Virus record (IMG/VR): IMGVR_UViG_3300020577_008200
Span: 9,037-73,036 of that record
Length of the DNA: 64,000 nt
DNA from: a virus
Taxonomy: Duplodnaviria; Caudoviricetes
Reading direction: 5' to 3' (one strand)
Within the stretch, counting starts at the first letter, position 1. Each line of letters opens with the position of its first letter. Position numbers and translations under genes: made by a program. A model generated the notes under the pieces. It saw nothing but the letters and a program-made list of their open reading frames with translations, was not told the origin of the DNA and searched no databases. Below are positions 37,208-47,347 of the stretch, piece after piece.

Positions 37208-38177
37208 GTTTAATCATAACACGGTCCATCCCCAAAGTCAAGAGTTCTTTCCCGATATTTTGGCAAATACTTTTTTCCTTATATTCTTCCTTAATAATTT
37301 CATTGTTATCTAAGTCATGTGTTCCAAAATAACAAATTTTCTTATTAGTACAACTCCAATGGGGGTATTTCTTTTTTGGTCTAAAAGTATTCCGAATTAA
37401 ATTAAATCTTTTTTCCAACATCTTTTCTGTTTTTTCTAAATCATCATCATCATAGCACATACTAATAGGTCCACCATCATTAATATAAAATATAGTTACT
37501 ATTATTTGTTTAACGTTAGGAAAAATATGACGAGCGGCGTAATAATACATTCGGAGTTGGCTATCCGAACAAAGTTTATCGTAAGTTTTTTCTTCACCTG
37601 TATTAAAATCTTTTCTTTTACCCGTTTTATAATCTACCATTTCGTATATATCATTTCCTAAATCCACCATTAAATCCATCGTACCCTTAATAGCCAGTGT
37701 TCCTTTTAGGAGTTTACCATCTGGAAGTTTATATTCATACTTAGCCCACGGCTTATTTATCTCGAAATCAAAATAAGTTTCTGGTGAAACTATACTTTGA
37801 TTCATTGGATTAAACATCCCATTATTATATTCTAAAGCAACTTTAAACCATTTTTTACAATCCCATAAGTCTATTTCTTGCCAATTATACATAGTTGATT
37901 TTTTTGAATAGTAATCATAAGCTAGTTCGATACATAAATCTGGTGTTAGCTCAGATAGATAAAATTTTCCTAGTTCTCCATTTGTGATAAATTTCTCTTT
38001 ATTCTGCTGAGCTAGTTTTATACTAGCGAGCATCTCAAGTCCCTTATGAACAACACTTCCTTTTTCGGCAGCTAAGTTAGCTTGACTTCTATATCCAAGA
38101 ACGTAATCCAAAAAATATTTCATCTCACATTGAGAAAAACAATTGTATGAACTAGACCGAAGGTATGTGCAAATCAT
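37146..38177 (-). CDS. PD-(D/E)XK exonuclease (AddB/Cas4/RecB-like) with an Fe-S-type Cys arrangement
   Basis: SSYNCFSQC...GTMDL...MVDYKTG...QLRMY...WSC...C...C. Confidence 0.85.
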   Translation of the reverse strand: MICTYLRSSSYNCFSQCEMKYFLDYVLGYRSQANLAAEKGSVVHKGLEMLASIKLAQQNKEKFITNGELGKFYLSELTPDLCIELAYDYYSKKSTMYNWQEIDLWDCKKWFKVALEYNNGMFNPMNQSIVSPETYFDFEINKPWAKYEYKLPDGKLLKGTLAIKGTMDLMVDLGNDIYEMVDYKTGKRKDFNTGEEKTYDKLCSDSQLRMYYYAARHIFPNVKQIIVTIFYINDGGPISMCYDDDDLEKTEKMLEKRFNLIRNTFRPKKKYPHWSCTNKKICYFGTHDLDNNEIIKEEYKEKSICQNIGKELLTLGMDRVMIKRAKSSFDAYGYGAGRANEGK

Positions 38178-38180
38178 TAG

Positions 38181-38558
38181 TTAACTTTCAAATTTATTAA
38201 TAGCTTCTAAAACCATCTTCATAGAATAGCAACGTGTAACTCTATTATCATTATAGAACATAACACCTTCTATTTTTTCTCCTAATATAATAATTTGCTT
38301 TTGCTTCGCAGTGGCGTAACCAAGCTCAATATGGCTTCCTCTGCCGGCCGGTAAAATCATTAGAAATAAATCGCAATCTTCTATTCCTTTTAATTCAGAG
38401 TCAATAGCCCATTGTCTATATTCAGCACAACTTTGAATCTTTTCTTCATCAAATTGAGTCCAGTCGCAAGTAACTTTATGTCCGAAATAACTTAGGAAAG
38501 CTATTGTGCTGGATACTAATTCTTTATTTTTTAAACCACTAGCAACGTAAATTTTCAT
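38181..38558 (-). CDS. Nucleoside 2-deoxyribosyltransferase-like protein
   Basis: KIYVAS...ELKGIEDCD...GRGSHIELGYA. Confidence 0.8.
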   Translation of the reverse strand: MKIYVASGLKNKELVSSTIAFLSYFGHKVTCDWTQFDEEKIQSCAEYRQWAIDSELKGIEDCDLFLMILPAGRGSHIELGYATAKQKQIIILGEKIEGVMFYNDNRVTRCYSMKMVLEAINKFES

Positions 38559-39268
38559 GCTTCGCCCCTTTTTACTTTATCATATTCATTTCCGCAAACA
38601 GAACATATTCTAGAAAAACATAGGCAGGTTCCACTTATATTTTTATTACAAGTTTTGCAAAATCTTCCTCCTATGCATTTTTGATGTAAAAGTAAAGTGC
38701 CTCTAACTTCCATATCTTTACCATTTTGAAATCCACAAGGTATCATACCAGTCATACCAAAATAAGACATTGGTAAATTAGCAAACTTGGCTAGTCTTAG
38801 TATTTTATCATGGAACTCTTCTAGAGTTCCGTTGTTCTCAATTACAATATCGCATTCCTTAGATGTAAACTTAACTGTTGGGTCTGGTGGTACTGTTTTA
38901 TTTTCTACCCACACAATTAGGTCTACCAAATTTTCTTGACGACAAGCTATTATTTCTTCATAATCACGGATACCACCGCTTATCTCACCATTTTCTAAAG
39001 CCATTCTAATTAATGTGGTGGGACCATTAGCTCTTACTTCATTTCCGATATCATACCAGATAGTTCTCATCTCATTTGACTCATGCCGTCTAGCATAAGC
39101 TTCTTCTTCACTTAAGCCCAGTCTTTTTGCCACCTCTTTACAAAGATACTTACTAGTAGTACCAGCATTTTTAAGAGCCGTAATTTTAGCTAAATATTTA
39201 CAAGCCGTATCCTTTCCTGCTCTCCCATTCCCAACGAATAACACTTTAGGCAAATCTTGTATTGGCAT
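38555..39268 (-). CDS. Deoxynucleoside monophosphate kinase
   Basis: VGNGRAGKDT P-loop, GIRDYEE, IVIENNGTLEE. Confidence 0.75.
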   Translation of the reverse strand: MPIQDLPKVLFVGNGRAGKDTACKYLAKITALKNAGTTSKYLCKEVAKRLGLSEEEAYARRHESNEMRTIWYDIGNEVRANGPTTLIRMALENGEISGGIRDYEEIIACRQENLVDLIVWVENKTVPPDPTVKFTSKECDIVIENNGTLEEFHDKILRLAKFANLPMSYFGMTGMIPCGFQNGKDMEVRGTLLLHQKCIGGRFCKTCNKNISGTCLCFSRICSVCGNEYDKVKRGEA

Positions 39269-39269
39269 A

Positions 39270-40472
39270 TTAAAATTTCTTCCTTATCTTTTCTAACAGA
39301 GGACGTAGTTCATTATTACATATTTCTTCATTCCAATCCCCAGGGTCATTCACTGAGAATTCCGGGATATACAAAGTAAAACTTCTTTCTATTTTTTTCT
39401 TAATAGAAGCTATCGCTTTTCTTCCTGGCTCATCCATATCTAAAATTACTATTACGTTCAAAGCTCCGCTTGTCTCTATCAATATTTGTTGCTGTTCGCT
39501 TAATTCTGTACCGAATAATGCAACAGAATTATGAATTCCTAATTCTTCCAACTTCCAAACATCTGCTGGACCTTCCACTAAAATAATAGTCCCGGAATTA
39601 TGAATGAATTTAGCGGCATTCCATAGGTTATATAAGTGTTCACTAATATTAGAATTAGAGCTATTTTTCCATTTGGAGTATTTGAGAACTGCATATTGTT
39701 CATTAGTAGGGCAATCATAAGTTATATTATGCCACAGGTGACATTTTTCACATTTAGGATGAATAGTACGTCCAGTACAGCATAACATTGTGTCCCCGTC
39801 TTGATTATAGATAGGAACAACTACTCTCTCATACATTTCTCTATTAACATTGGTACAAAGCCCCACATCATAACTGTCCAGCGTAAGTTTTTTATAACCT
39901 TTATCCAAAAAGAATTTAGCCGGGATATCTAGGTTCTGACGAACCTGTTTTCGACTAATACCCGACGCTTTTTTAAGTTCTTGTTTAGCAAGCACTTCCA
40001 TTTGGGCCACAAATTTCTTTTTAGCTAATGCTTCATTATCAACTTTAATATCTTCTAACTTGATATCTAAAAATTTACAACACCAGTCTATTGTTTTGGT
40101 ATAGTCGAAGACCTTTTCTTTTGGTTTATTAACATTCCAACCATGTTGTTTAGATAATACTCCACGAATGAAACCAATTAGTGTAGGTTTAAATATTTGA
40201 TGACACTGATGAGTGCGGCATTTCCAAAAACCTTTGACCGTATAACCATCTCGGTAGAGACTTACTGCACTTTTATTATCTCCGTCATGAATTGGACAAC
40301 GTCCAATATACATTTTATTACTTTTACTTAAAATTACTTCTAAAGCAAAAAATAATTCATCATAGGAATAGCAGAGCATATCAGTTAAAACTTCGATTCT
40401 ACCTTGCTCATAGTATAATCTTCTGGGGTCAGGGATGAAATCCCTGTTAGAAGTCTGGGGTTTCTCCTTCAA
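39270..40472 (-). CDS. dnaG: DNA primase (DnaG-like)
   Basis: CPIHDGDN...WKC zinc finger; TOPRIM motifs LVEGPADV and LDMDEPG. Confidence 0.9.
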   Translation of the reverse strand: MKEKPQTSNRDFIPDPRRLYYEQGRIEVLTDMLCYSYDELFFALEVILSKSNKMYIGRCPIHDGDNKSAVSLYRDGYTVKGFWKCRTHQCHQIFKPTLIGFIRGVLSKQHGWNVNKPKEKVFDYTKTIDWCCKFLDIKLEDIKVDNEALAKKKFVAQMEVLAKQELKKASGISRKQVRQNLDIPAKFFLDKGYKKLTLDSYDVGLCTNVNREMYERVVVPIYNQDGDTMLCCTGRTIHPKCEKCHLWHNITYDCPTNEQYAVLKYSKWKNSSNSNISEHLYNLWNAAKFIHNSGTIILVEGPADVWKLEELGIHNSVALFGTELSEQQQILIETSGALNVIVILDMDEPGRKAIASIKKKIERSFTLYIPEFSVNDPGDWNEEICNNELRPLLEKIRKKF

Positions 40473-41910
40473 TCTTTATCTCCCCATGTTTTTTGTTTTT
40501 ATGTTGGTTACGATGTAATTCATTGCGAGTTTCACCTTCTACAATTTTGCCTATCTCACCGAACATTTGCATATTGATATAGTCACCAGATTCCATACCC
40601 GCTCCGTGACGAGCGATAATTGGTACGAGCTTCCTATTATAATCTTTGTCTGTCAAAGGGCTATCTTCAGCAATTTCTTCGTCGCTCTTGGGTTTGAAGA
40701 TAGTAAAGTTAGAGCAAAGCCAAATAATTCTATCAGAACCGGAAGCTACATCTGTATCTTCTTTATTAATCCCGTCTCGGTTTAATTGAATGAATGAAAG
40801 GAATGGTACACTATAACGAACCGCAAAATTATGCAAGCCTGTCATCTGAAAACCTAGAACTTGATATTCTTGCAGATTTTTAGAGATGGCATCGCTGGAC
40901 ATCAATTTCAAATAATCATAAATGATAAGACAGGGTTTAGCTTCACCATTATCTTCCAACCCAACTGTTTTCATAATCCATCTTCTCATGATGGATACTA
41001 TTTCCTCGAATGGAAAGCCGGCAATAGATTGGTAATCATATGGCATATTTCGGAGTTTGTCAACTGCTTCTTTGACAGCTTGAGCCTGCTTCTTATCTTT
41101 AGCAAATTTACCAGTTTCCAAAGTTTTAATTGGAACCCCAGACATAGTTGCAATCATACGATTCCAATGGTCCTCTTTAGACATTTCGGTATCTAAATTC
41201 AGAACTGGAATTCCTAATTTACCAGCTACATGTAATGCTACATTATCAGCAAATAAAGTTTTTCCTACTTTAGCTCTTGCCCCAATCATATTCACAGTCT
41301 TTTTCCGAAAGCCTCCGCCAATAGCTAAATCATACATAGGATAGCCAGAAGATATACCAACATTTTCCACTGGATTATCGGATATATGTTTAATATAAGC
41401 ATCTAAGCCAGAACCCATTCGTTGAGGCCCATCAGCTTTACCTTCTGATAAACCGAGAGCAAAATCATAAACTGGATTCTCCATCATAGCGAGAATCTTA
41501 TCTATAGGCTCATCACCATTAACTTGTGAAAGTTCATCTTTGATAGTATCTACTACTACTGAACCTTCACGAGCAATTTGGAGTTTACGAATTCTCTTAG
41601 CCATGCTTCTAACGTTTTCTAACTTAATTGGAAAATTCATTACTGCTCGACGATGCTTCCTTTCATGATCCTTTTCTAAAAATTTATTAACTCCTAATGA
41701 GTTAGCTGCTGAAAATAATGTGGCAACATCTACAGAACCATTAGTTTTATCTTTAAGTAGATATTCTAAACATCTAAATAATAATTCATTGCTATCATTA
41801 GTAAAAGTTGAATTGTTAATGATATCCGCAACATCTGTATAAGCACTACTCCCATATTGAAATATACCTGCTAGAACAGCTTTCTCTGACGCAATATCAC
41901 AATTATTCAT
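40447..41910 (-). CDS. dnaB: Replicative DNA helicase
   Basis: GARAKVGKT, LDTEMS, IIYDYLKL, FIQLNR, ARHG. Confidence 0.93.
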   Translation of the reverse strand: MNNCDIASEKAVLAGIFQYGSSAYTDVADIINNSTFTNDSNELLFRCLEYLLKDKTNGSVDVATLFSAANSLGVNKFLEKDHERKHRRAVMNFPIKLENVRSMAKRIRKLQIAREGSVVVDTIKDELSQVNGDEPIDKILAMMENPVYDFALGLSEGKADGPQRMGSGLDAYIKHISDNPVENVGISSGYPMYDLAIGGGFRKKTVNMIGARAKVGKTLFADNVALHVAGKLGIPVLNLDTEMSKEDHWNRMIATMSGVPIKTLETGKFAKDKKQAQAVKEAVDKLRNMPYDYQSIAGFPFEEIVSIMRRWIMKTVGLEDNGEAKPCLIIYDYLKLMSSDAISKNLQEYQVLGFQMTGLHNFAVRYSVPFLSFIQLNRDGINKEDTDVASGSDRIIWLCSNFTIFKPKSDEEIAEDSPLTDKDYNRKLVPIIARHGAGMESGDYINMQMFGEIGKIVEGETRNELHRNQHKNKKHGEIKIEGETPDF

Positions 41911-41912
41911 TA

Positions 41913-42686
41913 CTATCTTCCTCTATTTCTTAAGATACAACCATCACATTGATATGTTGTTTTATCGTCACCTTCTAGCCTTCCGGGAGCCATCTTAGAA
42001 CTAATTTTATATCTGCGATTGCATCCTCGACATGTGACAATAACACCGACATCTGGAGGTCGTTTTTGAATAAATTTATGGGCTGCAATAGAATTCTTGC
42101 TTCTAACTTTATTATCAAATAAAAGAGTGTCTTCGGCAGCGTAAGCTTTATTATCTACAAACTTATTAACACGCTTCTTAATTTGAAACTGTACTCTGGA
42201 ACATTGTCTTCCACCAGTTGGTGTACTATCTGAACCATCTAAAGGTTGCTCATTGAAATTAGTTGGTAAAATTAATTTTGTTTTATTAGCCATAGTTGGC
42301 CCAGGAAGAATTAAACTATTTTCTAGAACTGGTTCTTCATCGACGGAGTTTGCAGAGAAGGCACCGTCATCAACAGGCTGTTCAGAAAAATTTTGTTCTT
42401 CTATCAACTCTTCTGATGGTAAATCATTTTCATAATCATCTGGTAATGGAGAAAAAGTTCCCTCTAAAGATGTAGGAGAAGGCTCTGGGCGAGCCGGGGA
42501 ATCTGTTTCTGTAGATGTGTGGTGCTTTCCCTGCAAATCCGAGAAAACGGTTTTCAATTTTTGAACGTGTTCATCGGTGATTTGAGAAGGTTCAAGTTTT
42601 TCACCTGTTATCATGGAGTAACCTTTGGAGATTTTAGTCATATCTCCAGCAAGGATACCCTGTTTAATTAATTCTAATGCGCTCAT
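41913..42686 (-). CDS. Hypothetical protein with an acidic low-complexity linker and a C-terminal CxxC...CxxC
   Basis: CRGC...CDGC; the linker holds a convergent motif pair. Confidence 0.6.
   Translation of the reverse strand: MSALELIKQGILAGDMTKISKGYSMITGEKLEPSQITDEHVQKLKTVFSDLQGKHHTSTETDSPARPEPSPTSLEGTFSPLPDDYENDLPSEELIEEQNFSEQPVDDGAFSANSVDEEPVLENSLILPGPTMANKTKLILPTNFNEQPLDGSDSTPTGGRQCSRVQFQIKKRVNKFVDNKAYAAEDTLLFDNKVRSKNSIAAHKFIQKRPPDVGVIVTCRGCNRRYKISSKMAPGRLEGDDKTTYQCDGCILRNRGR
42349..42537. repeat. Convergent motif pair in a linker region
   Basis: TTTGCAGAGAAGGCA ... TGCTTTCCCTGCAAA. Confidence 0.8.
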
Positions 42687-43174
42687 ATTTTTCTCTTACT
42701 CTGTTGATATTCTGAAAATCTATAGGAAAGTGCATCACACTTAGCCGATAAATAATTGATTTGGTCTACTCTGGCTTGTGCTTGTGTTCTTAGACTTTCT
42801 AGTGATAAAGCAAAACTATTATCTTTGATAGCTAACATTTTTCTTTCTGGTGCTGACCCAGCAGAGTAATTCTTCATTTCTCCTAGAATAGCTCTATCAA
42901 TCTGAGCCGTAGCCCAATTCATTCTTCGTAATTCTATATTTATACTTCTTTGTAAATAAAACGAATATTGTCCAAGTGTTATACTAGCTATTGCAGCATC
43001 TTCTCCTGACATACATCTTATATCATCCTCTGACATTGTCAAATATTTTTCCGCTTTTATATCTGGATTACCATTTTTAATTCCTAATCCTTGTTCATAT
43101 TCCAATAGTAATTCGTCTACTTTAGTTGCTAAGTCATTCGCCGTATATTTTATTGATTTCTCTTCGCCATTCAT
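42683..43174 (-). CDS. Helical hypothetical protein (possibly UvsY-like mediator)
   Basis: 163 aa, predicted helical, between the RecA and DnaB genes. Function guessed from context only. Confidence 0.35.
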   Translation of the reverse strand: MNGEEKSIKYTANDLATKVDELLLEYEQGLGIKNGNPDIKAEKYLTMSEDDIRCMSGEDAAIASITLGQYSFYLQRSINIELRRMNWATAQIDRAILGEMKNYSAGSAPERKMLAIKDNSFALSLESLRTQAQARVDQINYLSAKCDALSYRFSEYQQSKRKI

Positions 43175-43544
43175 CTTCTGTTTCCTTGTATGAGCAAATT
43201 GCGAGATGGATTTTATTCAACTGGCACCAGTCTGCTTTGACTGAGTCACGTTTTTTAGAGGCAATAAAACCATTAGTGCTACCATGAAAATGAGGAACAT
43301 ATTCATAGTGCTGTCTACCATGTGCTTCCACTATTAAACCTAATTGTGGTAGATAGAAATCGGCGTAAAGCTTAGTTCCAGGTAAAGGGACTTCTTCAAG
43401 AAGCTTTTGTCCTGAAAACATTGATTTTAATAGTGCCCTAATACTAACATGTAGCTCACTTCTAGGTTTAGTTTCATTAAGAGAAGCTTCATATCCTACC
43501 AGATACCAACTATATTCTTTTCCGTCTAAACCTTTGACTTTCAT
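43134..43544 (-). CDS. Small DUF559/Vsr-like endonuclease
   Basis: LYADFYLP...IVEAHGRQHY...KRD..K..WC. Confidence 0.7.
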   Translation of the reverse strand: MKVKGLDGKEYSWYLVGYEASLNETKPRSELHVSIRALLKSMFSGQKLLEEVPLPGTKLYADFYLPQLGLIVEAHGRQHYEYVPHFHGSTNGFIASKKRDSVKADWCQLNKIHLAICSYKETEDEWRREINKIYGE

Positions 43545-43738
43545 GGTATATACTCATCACAATCTAAACATCTTTTACCTATTATCATTTGATTAATTTC
43601 TCCATATTCGTCAATCGTATTTTTATGCTGGCATTTCTTCCGAATTTCAAATAAGGCGTCTTGTAAATTAATAATTTTTTCTCGAATATAATTAACTTTA
43701 TGCCTTGTAAATGAAATAGATTCAGTATTAGTAGTCAT
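43541..43738 (-). CDS. Small hypothetical protein (CxH...CxxC)
   Basis: 65 aa. Confidence 0.5.
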   Translation of the reverse strand: MTTNTESISFTRHKVNYIREKIINLQDALFEIRKKCQHKNTIDEYGEINQMIIGKRCLDCDEYIP

Positions 43739-43955
43739 ATTCTTTAGGCTCTACTTGGTCTTGAGGATGTTTGGAAGGTTCGTACCCGGTATATTGATGA
43801 CCTTCACAAGAATAAATGCAATACCAATTATCTTCATCGTCTTTGTATTCATCTATACAATTAACTTGTCCCCAACAAGGTTCATCTCTAGTATCAAAAC
43901 TTGAATAACACTCTGCATAAGTATTGTCATAGCTTGGTAGTCTATAGTAGCTCAT
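43728..43955 (-). CDS. Small Cys/Tyr-rich hypothetical protein
   Basis: 75 aa. Confidence 0.5.
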   Translation of the reverse strand: MSYYRLPSYDNTYAECYSSFDTRDEPCWGQVNCIDEYKDDEDNWYCIYSCEGHQYTGYEPSKHPQDQVEPKEYDY

Positions 43956-45001
43956 TTTACCCCCAACATTGTATTTACATCTTTTTCCAATATTTCCAAC
44001 CAGCCCGGATTTGCTTTTAAAAGTTGATACAACTTTTCTTCACCTTGAGCCTTATATCTCTTTTTATTTTCTTCGTTCCATTCTTCGATACCTAGTGTGG
44101 TTAAATGATTTTGTAAGAAGGAACAAGTAAACCAAGAACCAGCTTTTTCAATTAAACCTAAGTCAGTTCCCAATACAATAGATTCTTTAACCTCATCAAT
44201 ACCTTTTCCGTAACGGATATAGGAAATACATTCTTGATGTGGAGGTATCCCTAATGCGGAACACTCTACTTCCCAAGTTAACATGTTACCTACTCTCTTA
44301 CCTTCTTCTTCCCAAGCTTCTTCTTTACGACAACGTAGTTTAACATCTACTTGATACTTAATACTATTTCCACCTTTTTCCTGAACAGCCGCTCCATAAC
44401 CACTAGTATTAGCCATTAATTGCACAATACCAATTACTATATTTCGTTTTACTGGTACTACTGCCGCCATTTGTCTACAAAATTGTGATAGGAGTAATGC
44501 TCCACCGCCGCGAGTTGAAGTTCCAACACCTTCCTGAATTTCTTTTTCATGGCATAACATAGAGTAGGAATCAAAGATAACTACACACTCTTTATGATTC
44601 ATAAGAATACGTTCAGCTATATTTAGATAGTCTTGTGCGGATAATATCTTATCTTCATCAGAACCTATTACTGTAAATTTTTCCTTATCAATACCAGCAC
44701 CACTTATATTCATTTCTTTTAAACGGCCTTCAATATCAAGATAGTAAATATGCTTATTTCCATATTTTTCTTGTTGGCATTTAGCCGCAAAATGTAGTGC
44801 TGTAGTCGTCTTTCCACACTTCTCTTTTCCAACAAAGTTAACCCAACTTCCTTCTGGAATACCTCCAGTGACTAAATTTAGAGAAGGTCCAATTGGTATA
44901 ATACGCTTTTTCTTTTTAAGGAAATCAACTCCACTAGTAGCAAGTTTATCACCAAAATCCTTCTTAATTAATTTTAGAACATTATCTGTAAATTCATTCA
45001 T
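43952..45001 (-). CDS. recA: RecA/UvsX recombinase
   Basis: GKEKCGKTT Walker A, YLDIEG, VIFDS, EKGGNSIKY, IEKAGSWF. Confidence 0.92.
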   Translation of the reverse strand: MNEFTDNVLKLIKKDFGDKLATSGVDFLKKKKRIIPIGPSLNLVTGGIPEGSWVNFVGKEKCGKTTTALHFAAKCQQEKYGNKHIYYLDIEGRLKEMNISGAGIDKEKFTVIGSDEDKILSAQDYLNIAERILMNHKECVVIFDSYSMLCHEKEIQEGVGTSTRGGGALLLSQFCRQMAAVVPVKRNIVIGIVQLMANTSGYGAAVQEKGGNSIKYQVDVKLRCRKEEAWEEEGKRVGNMLTWEVECSALGIPPHQECISYIRYGKGIDEVKESIVLGTDLGLIEKAGSWFTCSFLQNHLTTLGIEEWNEENKKRYKAQGEEKLYQLLKANPGWLEILEKDVNTMLGVK

Positions 45002-45477
45002 TAATCTAAATCTCGCAATCTGGCTTTAACTGATTTACCTTCTACAAAAGCTTCTCTTGGTTTTTCTTCAGTAGTTGTTCGTTCAATTGGTGTGTGATTT
45101 GCAGAGGAGGCACCCTCATCACGCTTCTTTAACTTGTTCAATTTCTCTTGTTCTAGTTTAAAATCATCGTCTAACCATTTAGCCTTTAATGAATAACATT
45201 TCCAATTTTTCTTAAGTGCAGCTATAATAGCCGCCGGTTCATACATCTTTAATAAACTAGTAGCAGTAAGTAACTGCATTAGATACGTTTTTTTCCACTT
45301 ATCTGTATTCCAGAATTTAACTGGAAGTACACATTTTTCTTTCATTGCTAAACGTTCACAGACTAACTCTGCTATGTAATTTTGCGGTGTACAATAGCTA
45401 TTTTCTTCCCCATACTTTGATTTATAACGTGAAGCTTCGCTTTGTTCCTGAGCCATTTCTTGCTCCATTAAGTTCAT
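45001..45477 (-). CDS. Hypothetical protein
   Basis: 158 aa. Confidence 0.6.
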   Translation of the reverse strand: MNLMEQEMAQEQSEASRYKSKYGEENSYCTPQNYIAELVCERLAMKEKCVLPVKFWNTDKWKKTYLMQLLTATSLLKMYEPAAIIAALKKNWKCYSLKAKWLDDDFKLEQEKLNKLKKRDEGASSANHTPIERTTTEEKPREAFVEGKSVKARLRDLD

Positions 45478-46171
45478 AGTAACGTTCTAAGAATCGTTGC
45501 TCAGCCATTTCTGGTTTTTGAGCTTTAATTCTTTTTTCAATAGGTTTTATAGTTTCATCAAAGCTATCCATAATAACCTGAGTAGTTAATAAATCTCTAG
45601 CTTCTGTTACCAAAGCTATATTATCAGCTTTCTTAATTTCGTTATGATTAGATATGAAATCCAATTTAAATTTTTCAGCTATCGCTTGCTCTAACTTATT
45701 TTCAACGTCTTTAAACTCAACCATAAAACGTTTTACTGGCCGAATCATATCTCCAATTATTGACTCTGTTGCATCATGAAGTAGTCCCTCCATTGCAATC
45801 TCAGGACTAACTAGTTTACTCACTAATACTGAGTGTTGAGCTACACTATAAAATCGTTTAACATGTCCATTAAAACGACATATCATGGATAAGGCACGAG
45901 CAATATCAATAATATCAATGTCGTCAATGTTAGGATTAAAAACATAAAACTTCTTACCAGTGTAAGTTGATATCCAACCGTCTCTCTTATCCTTCATTCC
46001 GTAGCAACAACCATTTTCTTCAACTGGCTTGAATTTTTCATGAAGCTTTTTATATTCGTCGTCTTTAAGCCACTCTTTTTCAAGTTCTTTTAATTTATGA
46101 GTACCACAACATATATTTTCATGTAAATGTAATGTATCATCATTTGTTATTATTGGTAATTTATCACTCAT
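45422..46171 (-). CDS. HD-domain 5'-deoxynucleotidase (YfbR-like)
   Basis: TYTGKKF...DIARALSMICRFNGH...YSVAQHS...LLHDATE...GDMIRP...KKAD. Confidence 0.88.
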   Translation of the reverse strand: MSDKLPIITNDDTLHLHENICCGTHKLKELEKEWLKDDEYKKLHEKFKPVEENGCCYGMKDKRDGWISTYTGKKFYVFNPNIDDIDIIDIARALSMICRFNGHVKRFYSVAQHSVLVSKLVSPEIAMEGLLHDATESIIGDMIRPVKRFMVEFKDVENKLEQAIAEKFKLDFISNHNEIKKADNIALVTEARDLLTTQVIMDSFDETIKPIEKRIKAQKPEMAEQRFLERYYELNGARNGSGTKRSFTL

Positions 46172-46496
46172 TTTTATATCTTCTCTTTTCCGGTATACTC
46201 ATAGATTGAAAAGACCATCCTAGTTTTTTAGAGCGAAGCTCTAATTGTTTGTGTCCAAACGTTCTCATAAATCTACGAAGCTTCTTATGTCCTTTAATAA
46301 AATTTTCTTTAGAATATACACATCCTTCTGGCGTATCTCTATTATCTTTAAGCCCAAAAGATGAATTTCCGACTTCATCTTTCTTAACTACCATTGATAA
46401 GCCTATTGGATGAAGTATAGTTCTATTGATTTCAAAAAGTAAACCGCTTTCTAATATAAAAGCGGCGTCCATTTTTCTATCTTTCCATTCTTCCAT
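46164..46496 (-). CDS. Hypothetical protein
   Basis: 110 aa; GLLFEINRTILHPIGL. Confidence 0.6.
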   Translation of the reverse strand: MEEWKDRKMDAAFILESGLLFEINRTILHPIGLSMVVKKDEVGNSSFGLKDNRDTPEGCVYSKENFIKGHKKLRRFMRTFGHKQLELRSKKLGWSFQSMSIPEKRRYKNE

Positions 46497-46497
46497 T

Positions 46498-46911
46498 CTA
46501 GTTCCTTATCAAGAAATCTTCTGGTACAGTATGTTCTTTAATAACATCTTCATCAGCTAGGACAAGCTCGGGAACTTTAAAAGTTTTTCGATAAATTAAG
46601 TTACTCTTAATGTAGCCAACTATAAAAAAATTTAGACTCCCACCACCTAAAAATTGAACTATTTTATTTCCAAAGAAATAGCCGTCAGTCTCAATTCCAT
46701 TGAATACGTTTATTATATTCGAGCGAAATTGCAAATGCAAGTTAATAATAAAAACTTTTTCAGACTTTATATACTGTTTTAGTCTCTTCCATGCTATAGG
46801 TTCTATACAACCTTCTCTGTTATCGTCTTGATAGACAGAAATTCCATTGGATAAGTCAGCAATCCATCTAACTTTTTCTTCAATAAATTCGTCGGGCTTT
46901 ATGCATATCAT
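46498..46911 (-). CDS. Hypothetical protein
   Basis: 137 aa. Confidence 0.55.
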   Translation of the reverse strand: MICIKPDEFIEEKVRWIADLSNGISVYQDDNREGCIEPIAWKRLKQYIKSEKVFIINLHLQFRSNIINVFNGIETDGYFFGNKIVQFLGGGSLNFFIVGYIKSNLIYRKTFKVPELVLADEDVIKEHTVPEDFLIRN

Positions 46912-46912
46912 T

Positions 46913-47347
46913 TCATCTTCCGGTTGCTGGAATTACCGAATCACTATATAGAGATTGTCCACCTTTTACTTTTTGTATTTCATCTGAAATCATACCTGCT
47001 GAAGCTGTCATAGCGGTAAATGTGCCACGTCTAGCAAATGCTTCTCTAAGAATAGATTTATTTTCTCTAGCCTTAATAACTTCTGGCTGTTTTACTTGAG
47101 GAGTATCTAAATCTAAATTTGGCAGAGAAAGCACAGGGTCAGAAGAAGAGAGAGTTGCCGAGTCAAGGGAGTCGGGCTTTGTTTTTTGTGAGGATTGCCT
47201 TTCCTGCTCATATTTTTTTTGAGCTTCTACCGCCATGTAGACTTCAATTAAAGTTTTCCCCTTTTTCAAAATATGGGCTAGTTCTTCGCTAGTTCTATCT
47301 AGATTAGCGTCAATATAAAATTTATCCGCAATATTTAACTCATCCAT
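46913..47347 (-). CDS. Hypothetical protein with a low-complexity linker
   Basis: 144 aa; the linker coincides with a convergent motif pair. Confidence 0.55.
   Translation of the reverse strand: MDELNIADKFYIDANLDRTSEELAHILKKGKTLIEVYMAVEAQKKYEQERQSSQKTKPDSLDSATLSSSDPVLSLPNLDLDTPQVKQPEVIKARENKSILREAFARRGTFTAMTASAGMISDEIQKVKGGQSLYSDSVIPATGR
47119..47210. repeat. Convergent motif pair in a linker region
   Basis: TTGGCAGAGAAAGCA ... TGCCTTTCCTGCTCA. Confidence 0.8.

Noticed and set aside
39209-39220. Possible motif copy GCAGGAAAGGAT on the - strand
   Set aside because: It lacks the invariant T at -3 and is explained by the P-loop codons GRAGKDT.
45422-46171. DatZ-like HD enzyme as a sign of a Z (2-aminoadenine) genome
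   Set aside because: No PurZ or MazZ gene in the window. YfbR-like HD proteins are common in phages.
32892-47210. Diversity-generating retroelement as the explanation for the odd-composition tracts
   Set aside because: No reverse transcriptase and no template/variable repeat pair with A-specific mismatches was seen.
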